DNA of 64,000 nucleotides from an uncultured delta proteobacterium (GTDB lineage Bacteria; Desulfobacterota; Desulfomonilia; UBA1062): NCBI GenBank assembly GCA_963785235.1, contig CAWAUM010000003.1, positions 192,001 to 256,000 of the forward strand, read 5' to 3'. Shown piece by piece: positions 63,032 to 64,000 of this stretch (position 1 is its first letter; each line of letters starts with the position of its first letter). The notes under the pieces were generated by a model. It saw only the letters and a program-made list of their open reading frames with translations, ran no database searches and was not told where the DNA came from. The position numbers and the translations under genes were made by a program.

Positions 63032-64000
63032 TCAATCAGGAGTTTTAATGCCTGCTGAAATAAGAGCTGTCCCCAGCTTCATTTGTTTGATCCTGCTTAC
63101 CCGAGAGGCAAAGCGCACGATGTGATCAAGATCATGGGTGAGCGCCTGACATGATTCGGAAGGGATTATACCGGCCGTTGTCATCAGCTCATTGAACTCC
63201 TGGTGCATCTTTGCACAAATATGCCTGAAGGCAAGAATAAGGTTGGTAAGCCCCCCATGATCCTTTTCATCATCAAGCCTTTGAGCTGCCTCGTGCGCGA
63301 TAATATCGAGCACGCTCAACGTGCTGATCAAGCCGCCGAGCTGGAATGGAATATCCCCGGCCAAAGGTGAAGCCTTTTCCCTTAAGGCGCTCACTATCTC
63401 ATGAAATCTTGCTTCCTGGGCACCTATGATGGGGCCCATCATCATGGCGTCCTCGACCTCTCTGAAAGGCAGCGCCATGTCTTCATAGGCGGTCCCGGGT
63501 GTTCCCAACAGGTTCTCTTCAGGTATCATACATGCATCCATAATAATCCCGCCATGGGGGCATGGCTGCAGGAACCCGAAATCGATAGGCCCAGTCTGTC
63601 TGAGCCCGGGTGCTTCTCTGGGTACGATATAGGCGCTGTAGCGTTTCCTTTCAACCTCATAACCGCTTACGGCAATGACCATGAAAAGGTCTGCAATAGG
63701 CCCGTTCGTAAGGAAGGACTTCTCGCCCGTAAGGAGATAACCGGAACCTGTTTTGACTGCCGTGGTTTTCAGGTGTTTGGGGTGTCCTCCGACACCGGGT
63801 TCGGAAATGGCAATGCTCGTAGTCATCTCACCTTTTGCCATGGCTGGAAGGTATCTTTTTTTCTGGCCTGGGGATGCATATTCACTGAAAATAAATCTGG
63901 CTGCAATCTCATGCATGAGCCAGGACAGAGTGATCCCAAGGCAGCAGCCGTGCCTTGCAATGGCCCTGCCTGCTGTATTGATCCCGGAATAACCCAGCCC
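63032..64000 (-). CDS. Acyl-CoA dehydrogenase family protein (5' end outside the window)
   Basis: QKKRYLP, AISEPG and YLLTGEKSFLTNG motifs; the frame is open to the window edge. Confidence 0.85.
   Translation of the reverse strand, partial: GLGYSGINTAGRAIARHGCCLGITLSWLMHEIAARFIFSEYASPGQKKRYLPAMAKGEMTTSIAISEPGVGGHPKHLKTTAVKTGSGYLLTGEKSFLTNGPIADLFMVIAVSGYEVERKRYSAYIVPREAPGLRQTGPIDFGFLQPCPHGGIIMDACMIPEENLLGTPGTAYEDMALPFREVEDAMMMGPIIGAQEARFHEIVSALREKASPLAGDIPFQLGGLISTLSVLDIIAHEAAQRLDDEKDHGGLTNLILAFRHICAKMHQEFNELMTTAGIIPSESCQALTHDLDHIVRFASRVSRIKQMKLGTALISAGIKTPD

Overview
Bacterial chromosome segment. Gene content (PEP-CTERM/exosortase-linked genes, sigma54/sigma28 flagellar promoters, a selenoprotein, fatty-acid CoA enzymes) suggests an anaerobic Deltaproteobacterium (Desulfobacterota-like); this is an inference. 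Many otherwise well-conserved genes carry single-base indels, most likely long-read consensus errors, so several genes were reconstructed across frames. Left to right: the edge of an exopolysaccharide/PEP-CTERM locus, ppiD, a GspE_N-FlhG-like ATPase, mutS, and a minus-strand flagellar block (fliK flgD flgE / motA motB motB fliL fliM fliN fliO fliP fliQ fliR). Next come a CoA-disulfide reductase with in-frame TGA at the catalytic Cys plus a SECIS-like hairpin, and a mosaic accessory region (about 29.7-57 kb) punctuated by GGGG(A/T)C(A/G)G-tagged palindromic repeats. That region holds a vWA lipoprotein, a wHTH + nucleotidyltransferase pair, c-di-GMP genes, and a three-gene secreted module (giant Ig/YVTN scaffold, small exported protein, Zn-phospholipase C/S1-P1-like enzyme). 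This module is the best candidate for an undescribed toxin/effector system. The window ends in a TetR-linked catabolic cluster. No rRNA, tRNA, CRISPR array or intact transposase was recognised.
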